DNA of 43,526 bases from a virus (IMGVR_UViG_3300023107_000005:1-43526); one strand, 5' to 3'; positions 8,368 to 17,154 are shown, numbered from the stretch's first letter. Numbers and translations: made by a program. Notes: generated by a model from the letters alone, not told the origin.

Positions 8368-11300
8368 CTAGTGGTTGGGCAAAACTACGACATGGACCAC
8401 GGTCGTTCCGTAGCCCCCGAAACCGTCCGCATCGGCCCCCGAGGTGGGTTCCACCTTGGTGATCAGCATGCGCGTGTTGGAGGGCAGCAGCACCTCCAGC
8501 TCGCCGGCGTGGGTGCTGATGCCCGAGTGGGGGCCCAGCGAGCCCGTGCCCACGTACATGCCCTTCACGCCCGGGCCAATGGTCATCTTCAGCTGCACGT
8601 TGCCGCTCCAGATGTTGGGGTCGATGGTGGTGGAGCTGATGCCCTGCTCCTGAATCACGCTGCCCACGGCCCCGCTGAGCTGGGTGATCAGCGCGGGCGT
8701 GAGCTGGATCCGGCGGCTGAGCAGCGTGCCGGGCTTCAGCACGTGGCCCAGGGTCATTATCCCCTCGTGAGCCGCCTGCGCGGCGCCGCTCGGGTTCCCC
8801 GACCACAGGCTTTTGTTGATGGCATGGTAGCCCGAGCCGGTGTAGCTCTTCACGGCGTCTTTCTGCTGCTGGGGCATCTTGCTCCAGCCTTCCTTGGTTT
8901 CGGCCTGGTAGGTGGTCTGGGTGATCGTGCCGGCTTTGTAGCTGAGCTTCGCCCCGCCCAGCAGCTGCTCACTGCTGGGCAGCGTGCCGCCGTTGTTTTT
9001 CTTCAGCGCGTCGGCCGCCGAGCCCAGTAGCAGATAGTAGCCGATTTTCTTGGCCGTCAGCGCGGCCGGGCCCGTGATAGCTGGCAAGCCGTCCTTCAGC
9101 GCCGCCAGCGGGTGGCCTGAGCTCATGCGGAACTCTTTGGGCGGGTTGAGCTGCTGGTCGATTTCGTTGGCCAGCTGCTGGGCGTAGCCCTTTACCCACT
9201 GCGAGGGGTGCTGCAGGGCGAGCACCTCGCCCTGGCTGGTGCCGGTTTCCTTGTTGGGGACCATCACCTTGAGCTCCTGCAGGGCCTTTACGTCCCCTTT
9301 CTGAGCCGTTTTATAGATCAGGCGGGAGGCGTTGTGGTTGGCCTGGTTGTAGTGAATCGAGCTGGAAGGACCGGGCGCGCCGGTCGAGCCCCACTGCAGG
9401 AAATTCACCGGCTGGCTGAGCTTGCTGGCGTCGAAAGGCTTGGGGCCCTTCGGGGCCTTGGCCACCGGTGCAGCAGCGGCGGCCGCCGGCGTCGTTGCCG
9501 GCACGCTCAGACCGGACTGGGCCATGAGCGAGTCAATGGCCATCTTCTTAAACTTGGTCAGCGTACCGCTGTTGCCAGCGCTGAGCAGCTGCACCGCCAC
9601 CAGGGCCGCGGCGGGGGTCGTGTGGCCCTCGGCTACGGCCAGCAGCTCGCCGGCAATGGTGTTGTACACCTGCTTTTTCGCCGCGCCCAGCTTGGCAATC
9701 TGGTTGGGCGAGAGGTACACCGGCACCTGGGCCGAGGCCGGCAGCGGCGTGGGCACTAGGGGCAGGTCCGGGGGCGTGTTGGCCACGTGCGCGTTGAGGG
9801 CATCCGTGGCCATGGTCGAGAACTTGATCAGCGTGCCGCTGGAGCCGATCTTCATACTCTGAATCACCGCCAGGGCGGCACTGGCCTGCTTGCTGCCCGT
9901 GGCCACGGCCGTGAGCTCGGCCTGCATCTGCTGGTAGAGTGCTTTTTTGGCCGGGCCCAGGTTGCCGATCTGGCCCGGGCTCAGGTACACGGGGACCGTA
10001 AAGGTGGGCGCGGCCAGGTGCGTGGGCACCTTCGGGCCCTCGGGGGTGGCGTGCTTGCGGTGGCCAGGCGCCCCGGACCAGGCCAGCGAGAAGGCCTCCT
10101 CGGCCTGCTTATAGTCATAGCCCTGGGCCGTGTACTGCTCCAGCACGTTGGCCAGCTTGGTGGCGTTCTGCTTGATGGGCAAGTCCCCCGGCTGCGAGCA
10201 CATGCCGATGACCTTGTCCAGGAGCATCACGGCCAGGTCGGCCTCGATTTTACCCGCCTTAAAGTCCTTTACAAACGAGTCCATCTGCGAGAGCAGCAGC
10301 TTTTGCCCGGCCGTCACGCCGGGTACGTCCGTAGCCTTCAGCAGCGGAGGCAGCTGCAGGCTCTGGGCCGGCGTCGGGGGCTGCGGAGCCGCTTGCGGGG
10401 CGTCATCGGTCTGCTCGACCGGCTTGGGGCCGCCCTCCAGCACGTGGATCAGCTCCTGCACGTGGTTGAAGTACAGCTGCTCGGCCGGCGTGGTGGGCTC
10501 GTCGATCTGGTGGAAGTGCTGCAGCTGGCCGGCGATCTGCTCGGCCGAGGACTCGCCCGTGTTGAACTTCTGCATCAGGGCATTTACCTCGTTGGCCGAA
10601 GTAACCAGCCAGGCCGGCGCCTTGAGCTTGCCGAGCTGCTTGGGGTCAATGCCGATCATCGTGGCCGGCAGCGGGGCCTGCTCGGTGATGGGCTCGGGCG
10701 TGGCCAGCGGCTGCACCCCGGCCGCTGCTGGTGGGGCCGCCACGGCGCCCGCTGCGGCCAGGTGCAGGCCGGCCAGGATCTGGGCGTGATAGGTGCCCAC
10801 TTTCTTCTGGTAGGTCTGCACGCCGAAGGTCAGGCCCTGCAGCTGCTCGATGGCCTGCTCGGCCGTGAGCGTGCCGCTGGCAAAGCCATGGGCGGCGGCA
10901 TCGATGGCCAGCTTCTTGGCCCAGAGCTTCTGATTGAGCGGGTTGGTAACCGAGCTCAGGTGCGCCTCCGTCAGGGGTGAGGGGAAGGCTGGGGCCACCG
11001 GCGTGGGCGCATCGGGGGCCGGCTTCACGGGCGCCGCCGCGGGGGCCGGCTGCTGCTCAACCGGCAGCAGCTCGTTTTTACGCTTCACCAGGTCATGCTT
11101 GCGCGCGACCATTTTGGCGGCCAGCAGCTGGCGCTGCGCCGGCGTGCCGGGACCGTGGTTGAGGATGGTGTCGAAAACGAGCTTGTCGTCGAGCGCCTCG
11201 AGCTTGGCTACCGAGGCGATCAGCTGGTCGCTGGTCATCGAGCCGAAGACGGCGGCCGAGTTGGGGTTGTGGGTGAGCGAGCGCATCGTGTCCCACTCGG

Positions 11301-14300
11301 TCACGGTGGCGCCGAACTGCTCGCCCTTGGGCGTGCCCTGGGCGCGGTAGAGCAGCGCACCGCCCGTGTCGAGCACGGTGGGCTTGCCGTCGATGCCGGA
11401 CAGGTTGTCAAAGCCCAGCCCGACGACGTCCCAGTTGCTGAGCCAGGCGTGCACGGCGAAGTCGGCCTGCGTCTGGCTCAGGGCCTCGGAGCCCTTGGCC
11501 AGGTTCAGCGGGGCCGTCGTCGCCCACGTGGTGGCCGTGCCCAGCGCGCCGGGCTTGTGGCTCACGAGCTGGTAATCGACCACGCCCACGCCGGTGAGCT
11601 CGTAAAGCCGCGCGGCCAGCACCTCGTTGCGGGCGTGGTCGTTGCTCTTGGAAAACTTCACGTAGTGCTTTACGCCGTTCTCGTCGAGCATCACGGCCCC
11701 GGGATTGGAGCCCAGCTGCCCGCCGACTTTCTGCCAGCCGTCGGTGCTCTTGGGGTCAAGTGCTGCTGTCGTGTCAATTGACTCTGGGGCAGAATCACTT
11801 GCCTTTGCTTTACTTTTCTTGGGCTTGGTTGACTTGGGCGCTACTACGGGCGCCTCCGGACCGGGGACCGGGATGGGCAGCTCCGGCACGTGGGCCAGCT
11901 GCTGCTGCTTGGCCTCGTGCTTGGCCTGCACGTAGGCCAGGGCCAGGGCGTGGGCGGCCATGACGTTTTTCTGGTAGTTGTTAGCCCCGGCCCCGTAGCT
12001 GGGCTTCGTGGCCAGCAGCCCCTGCAGGTCGCCGGCGTTGGCCAGGGCCGTGATGGCGGCCAGCTTTTTCTGAGCCGTTACCACGCTGGAGTGGCCCTGC
12101 TTCCACTTGCTCGTATCCAGGCCCAGCACGAAGGGCGTGTCCAGCTCGCCCACGTGCACGGGGATGGCCCCGGGCAGCGCGCAGGAAATGAAGTGACCGT
12201 GCTCGTCGCGGCACAGGTCGCCGACGATGTGGCCGGCCCCGCCCCCGGTCGGCGCCGGCGCGGCTTGCGCTGGCTTGGGGGCCTTTTTGAGCTTCTTGGC
12301 CAGCTCGGCCAGGGCCTGCAGCGGCTCGGGTGCCGGCGCGGGTTTGCTCACCAGGGCGGCTTTCAGCGCCGCTGGTGCCGCCTCGTGGTGGGCATGCACG
12401 TGGGCCAGGGCCGCCGCGTGCGCCTTCAGTACGCCTTTCTGGTAGGCGTTGGGCTTGGGCGAGGACGGCAGTACCATCGTTTTCAGGCTCACCAGGTCGC
12501 CGGCGTGGGCCAGGTCGCTGATGTGGGCTATCTTCTTCTGGGCGGTTTTGGCCCCGCTGTGCTCCTGCTTCCACTTGGCCGTATCCACGCCGTGGGCAAA
12601 TGCCGGTTTTTCAGTGGAGAGGGTGCCATTAACGGGTATTCCCAGCTTAGCAAGGGCCTTTAGCAGCTTCGGGGTGACGTCCTGCTCGGCAATCTGAACG
12701 TTGGCGATGTATTCGGACGTGAACGGAACGCTGCCCATAATCATGTGCAGTTTCCCCTCTACTTGCTTACTGGCCGCCATAACCGGCTTATCAAGCTTTT
12801 TCGCCTTGATCGTAATAACAGCTGCGTTCGATTCCTCATCAGAGCCAAAGTTGATTTTGTCCTGAACCGAGGTGTAGATGAATTTGCCGTAGTGCTCCAT
12901 CCCCTCGTTCTCTTTCCACCACTTATGCTCCTCCTCGAAATGGTCCTCTGAGGGCATCAGAGCCCCTTTCTTCAGAATGGCCGAGAGATTAGCCACCGGG
13001 GTGAAATGATGTAAGGGCGGGAGCTTCTTATTGTCGGCAACCGGTTTTGCCCAAAACTCTTTTTTCACGAAATCCAGTACATCAGGCGCTTTGGCGGCCA
13101 GGTGCACCACGGCCGCGGCCTGGTGGCCCTCGGTGTGCTCGACGGCCTGCTTGTGGATGTCCTGCAGAACCTGCTTTTCCTCCTTGTTGAAGCTCTCGTC
13201 GGGCTTGAGGTTCTTGAGCTCCTCGATGGCGCCGGCATTGGCGTGGTCGGCAATCTGCTTGGCGTGCTTGCTGGCCGCGGCGCCCAGCGTGTGATCGGGG
13301 CTGAAGTGTGGGACGGCCGGACCGTGCTGGTTGCTGCTCGTGTCCACCCAGCGCTTTACGAAGGCGCCGCTTTTCGATTTAACGAACTGCAGCACCAGGT
13401 GCTGCTTGCTGGCCATGCCCTTCTCGATGAGCTCGTCGCTGAAGCCCTTAAACAGGCTCAGCTGCGGGCCGGCACTGCCGCCCTTCTTGCCGGTGGCCGA
13501 GGGCTTATAGTCCTTCAGCAGGTGGCCGTACTTGAGCAGCAGCTCGGCTTTGCTCAGCGGGGCGCTGCGCTCCACCGGCGGCGGTGGGGGCGGGGTGGGC
13601 GCGCCGGCGTGCTCGTGGGCCAGCTGCTGGTCGACCGGCTTGTTCAGGTATTGGTGCAGGAACTTGGGATCCACCAGCACCACGGCCTCACTCTCCCAGC
13701 CGTGATCGGTGGGCGTGCCGCCCACGCGCTTGGCGAAGTAGTAGCGCGCGACCGAGGTGTCGCGCTCCACGTCGCCGGCGTAGCCCGTGATTTCCACCTG
13801 CAGGCCGCTCTCCTCCCAGCTTTCCTTGATGGCGTTGGCCTGCATGCTCAGGCCCTCCTCTACGCCGCCCTTGGGGAAGGTGTAGCGGTAGCCGCCGAAA
13901 CTCTTGGTGGGCTTCACCAACCAGACCCGGCCGTCAGCCTCCTGGATGATCACGCCCGAGCCGAGCTTCTTGTGGCCCAGCTCCGGAACGGCCGGCTCGT
14001 GCAGGTCGGCGTTCTGGCCGGCCACGGCGGCCCAGCCCTCATCGGTGGTGGGCACGTCGGCCCAGGGTGCGAAGGGCACGCCGCCGAGCTTACCCTGCGC
14101 CGGGAAGGCACTGGTAAAGGTCAGCGTCGGCCGCGGCGCCGCGGCGGGCTTGGGGGCCGGCTTCTGCTTATCGGAGCCCACCACGCGCGTGCTCTGGTAG
14201 GTGCCGTGCTTGCCGTGCACGGTGACGGCCTGCTTGCGCTTGCCCCCGGGCTGGGCTTTCTCCACGAAGTCCGGCTCGCCGGCGAAGCTCTTCTTGGTTT

Positions 14301-15996
14301 TCTTGGACTTGTGCTCTTCCTCGGCTTTTTCCTTCATCTGGGCTTCCAGGGTGTTTTTTGCCTCTTCCTGCCAGTCGATTCCCTCGCGCTCGGCAAATTT
14401 TTTATCCTCGTACACCTGGCCGAAGTGGCGCATGGTGATGTCGGGGAACAGGTGCTCGTTTTCCTTGATAAAGTCGTAGATCTCCTTGCGCTCAGCGAAG
14501 GGTACGTCGGGTGCTTTGCCGTTCTCGTCGGCCCGTACGCCGATAAAAGGCAGGTTTTTGCTCATGGCAAACAGGATCTCCTGCCGGTCCATGGTGGCAT
14601 TGTGGGCGCTGCCGCGGCTCAGAATCGGCTGCAGCGCGACGGGGTTGGGCTTTTTGTTGGTGATAAACAGGATTTTGCCCTTGAATTCGAATTGTGGGGG
14701 CACCTCGCCACTGTCCTCAGCGGCCGCCGGCGCTGCACCAGGTGCAGCAGTAGCCTTGCCGGCCTTGAGCTGGGCCCAGCGGTCGTAGTCGGCCGGCTTG
14801 AGGGTCTTATCGCCGGCGCGCACGCGCTTGGTCAGCTCCTTGAGCTCAGCCGAGCTGGTATCCTTGGCCGCAGCTGCTGGCTTGGGGGCCGGCTTTTTAG
14901 CGCCCTCCGGGGTCACGCGCGAAACCATGCGCTTGGCGGCCGTATCCAGGGCCCCCTTGAACATATTAACCGTGTCCTCGTCGCGCAGCGCGCTGTCGCA
15001 GTCGTCGAGGATGATGAGCTTGTCGCGGTACTTGTACATCTGCTCATAGACCGCCTTAGGGGTGATCTTGCCGGTAATCTTCACATAGTCGCCGGTGCTG
15101 GGGTCATCGCCGAGGGTGATTTCCTTCTTGCCCTCCTCCTTGAGCTTTTTAAGCACATTGTAGGTTTTGCCGGCGCCGCCCTCCCCGTAGATGATGGCCG
15201 TTACGTCATTGCCATTAACCATCTTATCGACGGTCTTGGTGATGCTGCGCACGTTCACGTCGTAGGCCTTGCGCACTTCCTGTGAGAAGCTCTCGTCACC
15301 CGCCCAGTTTTTGGGCGTGCCTTTGGCCGCTCCGGGCATCTTCGAGACATCCGGTTGCTGCTTAGCTACTTGGGCTTTAGATGGTTTATTTTGGTTTATA
15401 CCAGTATTTACCTTTTCCGGGGTAGTAGGACTATTTTGTGCCTTCTTGTGCTTATCTACTTGATTAGCAGGCTCTTTTAGCTTTTTAATTGCCTCGTCTA
15501 CGTCCACTCCGCGGCTCTGAAGCTCGGCCTTAGCAATGTTGCGCTGCGCCCGGGGATTCTTCAGATTCTGCAGGTGCTCCAGCAGCTTATGGGTCGGCGC
15601 CTCGCCGGCCATTTCGTGCAGCTTATCGGCCGAGTGCTGCGGCGCCGCGGCCGCGGCGGGCTGCTTGGCCGCGGGCTTGCCCACCTGGTGGCGGTCTTCA
15701 CTGCCAGCCTCCTCACCGTTGGCGCGCACATAGACCGTAGTGCGCTTGCCGTTAGAGTCGGTAATCTGCTTTTTTACCAGGTTGCCCAGGCTGTGGGCCT
15801 TCTCCAGGTAGCCGGGGGCCGTGTCGGATTCGGGGCGCATCAGCGCCTCGCAGGCCAGCGGATTGCGGGCCCAGAGGCGCTCAAACTGCGCCTCGGTGCC
15901 CTGGAAAACGGCGACGCGTTCCGCGTCGGTAGAGGAAGGGGATGCGGCGCGCTGCGGGGTTTTCAGGGCGGCCAGGTGCTCGTGCACGTCAGGCAT
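8368..15996 (-). CDS. Giant polyvalent effector protein: AAA ATPase, Nudix, ART-like, kinase-like, helical repeats, VIP2-like ADP-ribosyltransferase
   Basis: Walker A GEGGAGKT and Walker B IILDDCD; Nudix box KGGVEEGLSMQANAIKESWEESGL; HHFT...IYTS; GSNPG...YVK...NEVLA...NWDVVG...DN...LDTGG; YTGSGYHAINKSL...SRR...SSTT...ELEVLL. Confidence 0.9.
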   Translation of the reverse strand: MPDVHEHLAALKTPQRAASPSSTDAERVAVFQGTEAQFERLWARNPLACEALMRPESDTAPGYLEKAHSLGNLVKKQITDSNGKRTTVYVRANGEEAGSEDRHQVGKPAAKQPAAAAAPQHSADKLHEMAGEAPTHKLLEHLQNLKNPRAQRNIAKAELQSRGVDVDEAIKKLKEPANQVDKHKKAQNSPTTPEKVNTGINQNKPSKAQVAKQQPDVSKMPGAAKGTPKNWAGDESFSQEVRKAYDVNVRSITKTVDKMVNGNDVTAIIYGEGGAGKTYNVLKKLKEEGKKEITLGDDPSTGDYVKITGKITPKAVYEQMYKYRDKLIILDDCDSALRDEDTVNMFKGALDTAAKRMVSRVTPEGAKKPAPKPAAAAKDTSSAELKELTKRVRAGDKTLKPADYDRWAQLKAGKATAAPGAAPAAAEDSGEVPPQFEFKGKILFITNKKPNPVALQPILSRGSAHNATMDRQEILFAMSKNLPFIGVRADENGKAPDVPFAERKEIYDFIKENEHLFPDITMRHFGQVYEDKKFAEREGIDWQEEAKNTLEAQMKEKAEEEHKSKKTKKSFAGEPDFVEKAQPGGKRKQAVTVHGKHGTYQSTRVVGSDKQKPAPKPAAAPRPTLTFTSAFPAQGKLGGVPFAPWADVPTTDEGWAAVAGQNADLHEPAVPELGHKKLGSGVIIQEADGRVWLVKPTKSFGGYRYTFPKGGVEEGLSMQANAIKESWEESGLQVEITGYAGDVERDTSVARYYFAKRVGGTPTDHGWESEAVVLVDPKFLHQYLNKPVDQQLAHEHAGAPTPPPPPPVERSAPLSKAELLLKYGHLLKDYKPSATGKKGGSAGPQLSLFKGFSDELIEKGMASKQHLVLQFVKSKSGAFVKRWVDTSSNQHGPAVPHFSPDHTLGAAASKHAKQIADHANAGAIEELKNLKPDESFNKEEKQVLQDIHKQAVEHTEGHQAAAVVHLAAKAPDVLDFVKKEFWAKPVADNKKLPPLHHFTPVANLSAILKKGALMPSEDHFEEEHKWWKENEGMEHYGKFIYTSVQDKINFGSDEESNAAVITIKAKKLDKPVMAASKQVEGKLHMIMGSVPFTSEYIANVQIAEQDVTPKLLKALAKLGIPVNGTLSTEKPAFAHGVDTAKWKQEHSGAKTAQKKIAHISDLAHAGDLVSLKTMVLPSSPKPNAYQKGVLKAHAAALAHVHAHHEAAPAALKAALVSKPAPAPEPLQALAELAKKLKKAPKPAQAAPAPTGGGAGHIVGDLCRDEHGHFISCALPGAIPVHVGELDTPFVLGLDTSKWKQGHSSVVTAQKKLAAITALANAGDLQGLLATKPSYGAGANNYQKNVMAAHALALAYVQAKHEAKQQQLAHVPELPIPVPGPEAPVVAPKSTKPKKSKAKASDSAPESIDTTAALDPKSTDGWQKVGGQLGSNPGAVMLDENGVKHYVKFSKSNDHARNEVLAARLYELTGVGVVDYQLVSHKPGALGTATTWATTAPLNLAKGSEALSQTQADFAVHAWLSNWDVVGLGFDNLSGIDGKPTVLDTGGALLYRAQGTPKGEQFGATVTEWDTMRSLTHNPNSAAVFGSMTSDQLIASVAKLEALDDKLVFDTILNHGPGTPAQRQLLAAKMVARKHDLVKRKNELLPVEQQPAPAAAPVKPAPDAPTPVAPAFPSPLTEAHLSSVTNPLNQKLWAKKLAIDAAAHGFASGTLTAEQAIEQLQGLTFGVQTYQKKVGTYHAQILAGLHLAAAGAVAAPPAAAGVQPLATPEPITEQAPLPATMIGIDPKQLGKLKAPAWLVTSANEVNALMQKFNTGESSAEQIAGQLQHFHQIDEPTTPAEQLYFNHVQELIHVLEGGPKPVEQTDDAPQAAPQPPTPAQSLQLPPLLKATDVPGVTAGQKLLLSQMDSFVKDFKAGKIEADLAVMLLDKVIGMCSQPGDLPIKQNATKLANVLEQYTAQGYDYKQAEEAFSLAWSGAPGHRKHATPEGPKVPTHLAAPTFTVPVYLSPGQIGNLGPAKKALYQQMQAELTAVATGSKQASAALAVIQSMKIGSSGTLIKFSTMATDALNAHVANTPPDLPLVPTPLPASAQVPVYLSPNQIAKLGAAKKQVYNTIAGELLAVAEGHTTPAAALVAVQLLSAGNSGTLTKFKKMAIDSLMAQSGLSVPATTPAAAAAAPVAKAPKGPKPFDASKLSQPVNFLQWGSTGAPGPSSSIHYNQANHNASRLIYKTAQKGDVKALQELKVMVPNKETGTSQGEVLALQHPSQWVKGYAQQLANEIDQQLNPPKEFRMSSGHPLAALKDGLPAITGPAALTAKKIGYYLLLGSAADALKKNNGGTLPSSEQLLGGAKLSYKAGTITQTTYQAETKEGWSKMPQQQKDAVKSYTGSGYHAINKSLWSGNPSGAAQAAHEGIMTLGHVLKPGTLLSRRIQLTPALITQLSGAVGSVIQEQGISSTTIDPNIWSGNVQLKMTIGPGVKGMYVGTGSLGPHSGISTHAGELEVLLPSNTRMLITKVEPTSGADADGFGGYGTTVVHVVVLPNH

Positions 15997-16026
15997 GGGG
16001 TGGGTAGCGAAAAGCTAGGGCGTTGG

Positions 16027-16527
16027 TTAGGCCTCGGTGATGGCCACGGCGGCAAGGCCGGTAATCAGCAGCGTTAGGCGCAGGCCGTCGGTGCTGCCCT
16101 GCAGCAGCTCGTCGACGGGAATCACCTTGCCCCCGATGCACCAGGCCGGCGTGGCGCTGAGCAGCAGCGGGCGGTGGGTACGCAGGCTGAGCGCACCCAG
16201 CGTGCGCGGCAGGCGCGTGGTGGCGCTCTGGTGGCTGCGGTGCCAGGAGCCAGGCTTGCGGTGCAGCGGGTCGTAGCCGGCCTGCAGCACCTGGTGGCCG
16301 GCGGCCGTGGCCACGGCCAGCAGCAGCTGGCCGGTGGGACCGCTCTTGCGGCCCTGGTAGGATTGGGCCTGCAGCACGGTGGCCAGCAGCTGCGGGCGGG
16401 CCGGCAGCGTGACCCGACCGTGCAGGTCCATGGGGAACGGGGAGAAGCCCAGCTGCAGTAGTTGCTGGAGCGTGGGGGTGTAGCTCACCAGGGAGCCTGG
16501 CTTGGGGTTGTTGATCGGGCGTTTCAT
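16027..16527 (-). CDS. Hypothetical protein
   Basis: ORF on the coding strand filling the gap. Confidence 0.55.
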   Translation of the reverse strand: MKRPINNPKPGSLVSYTPTLQQLLQLGFSPFPMDLHGRVTLPARPQLLATVLQAQSYQGRKSGPTGQLLLAVATAAGHQVLQAGYDPLHRKPGSWHRSHQSATTRLPRTLGALSLRTHRPLLLSATPAWCIGGKVIPVDELLQGSTDGLRLTLLITGLAAVAITEA

Positions 16528-16634
16528 CTTCTGGGGAAGGAAGAAGGGGGAGAAAGATGGCTGGGCACTCTTGGGTGCTTTGAAATTAGCACGCCGGCGG
16601 CAACTGAGCCAGCCCGGGCCAGGCCCAAAACCAA

Positions 16635-16663
16635 AGAAGCCGCCCCGAATCAGGGCGGCTTCT
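16635..16663 (-). terminator. Intrinsic terminator
   Basis: AGAAGCCGCCC...GGGCGGCTTCT inverted repeat just after the stop of 16687..17142. Confidence 0.7.
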
Positions 16664-16686
16664 GCAGGGGCAACAGCGGTGGGGGA

Positions 16687-17142
16687 CTACGGCTGGCCGC
16701 CGGCCGCTGGCGTGGCGCCCGGTCCCTGCAGCACGTGCCCTTCGGCACTGCCGTAGGCGGGGTCGGTGTGCACGGCGGCCCCGTCGACCAGCTGGCGCCA
16801 GTCCTCTTGGAACGACTGCCTGCTCGGGCTGAGCAGCACGCCGCGCCAGCGCCAGCTGCCGCACTGGGCGCGGTTGAGCTCGCCGGCGGGGTCTTCGTTG
16901 TGGTGGATGCTCATTTTGGCGACCAGCTCGCCGTAGGGCGTCGTTACCACGCAGTTGAGCAGCGTGCCGCCCTCCAGGGGCTGGGTAACCATAGCGGGCA
17001 GCTCGGTGGCGCCGTTGAAGCGCTGCTCCAGCCGCTCGGCAGCGGTGAGCACGTAGATGATGGTTTCGCCGATCATGGGCGCGATCAGCAAGGGCGGAAG
17101 CTGGGCATACCCGGCGCTTTGGGAAGAGGTGGTAGTCGTCAT
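16687..17142 (-). CDS. Hypothetical protein
   Basis: ORF 12 nt downstream of the MuF gene. Confidence 0.65.
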   Translation of the reverse strand: MTTTTSSQSAGYAQLPPLLIAPMIGETIIYVLTAAERLEQRFNGATELPAMVTQPLEGGTLLNCVVTTPYGELVAKMSIHHNEDPAGELNRAQCGSWRWRGVLLSPSRQSFQEDWRQLVDGAAVHTDPAYGSAEGHVLQGPGATPAAGGQP

Positions 17143-17154
17143 ATCCGGAAGCTA

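Noticed and set aside
8333-8806. N-terminal extension of ORF 7757..8806
   Set aside because: Overlaps the ART domain in another frame and has atypical composition; ATG 8332 is preferred
9520-12605. Internal repeats of the giant gene as DGR template/variable repeats
   Set aside because: Copies diverge at all base types rather than at adenines, and no reverse transcriptase is in the window
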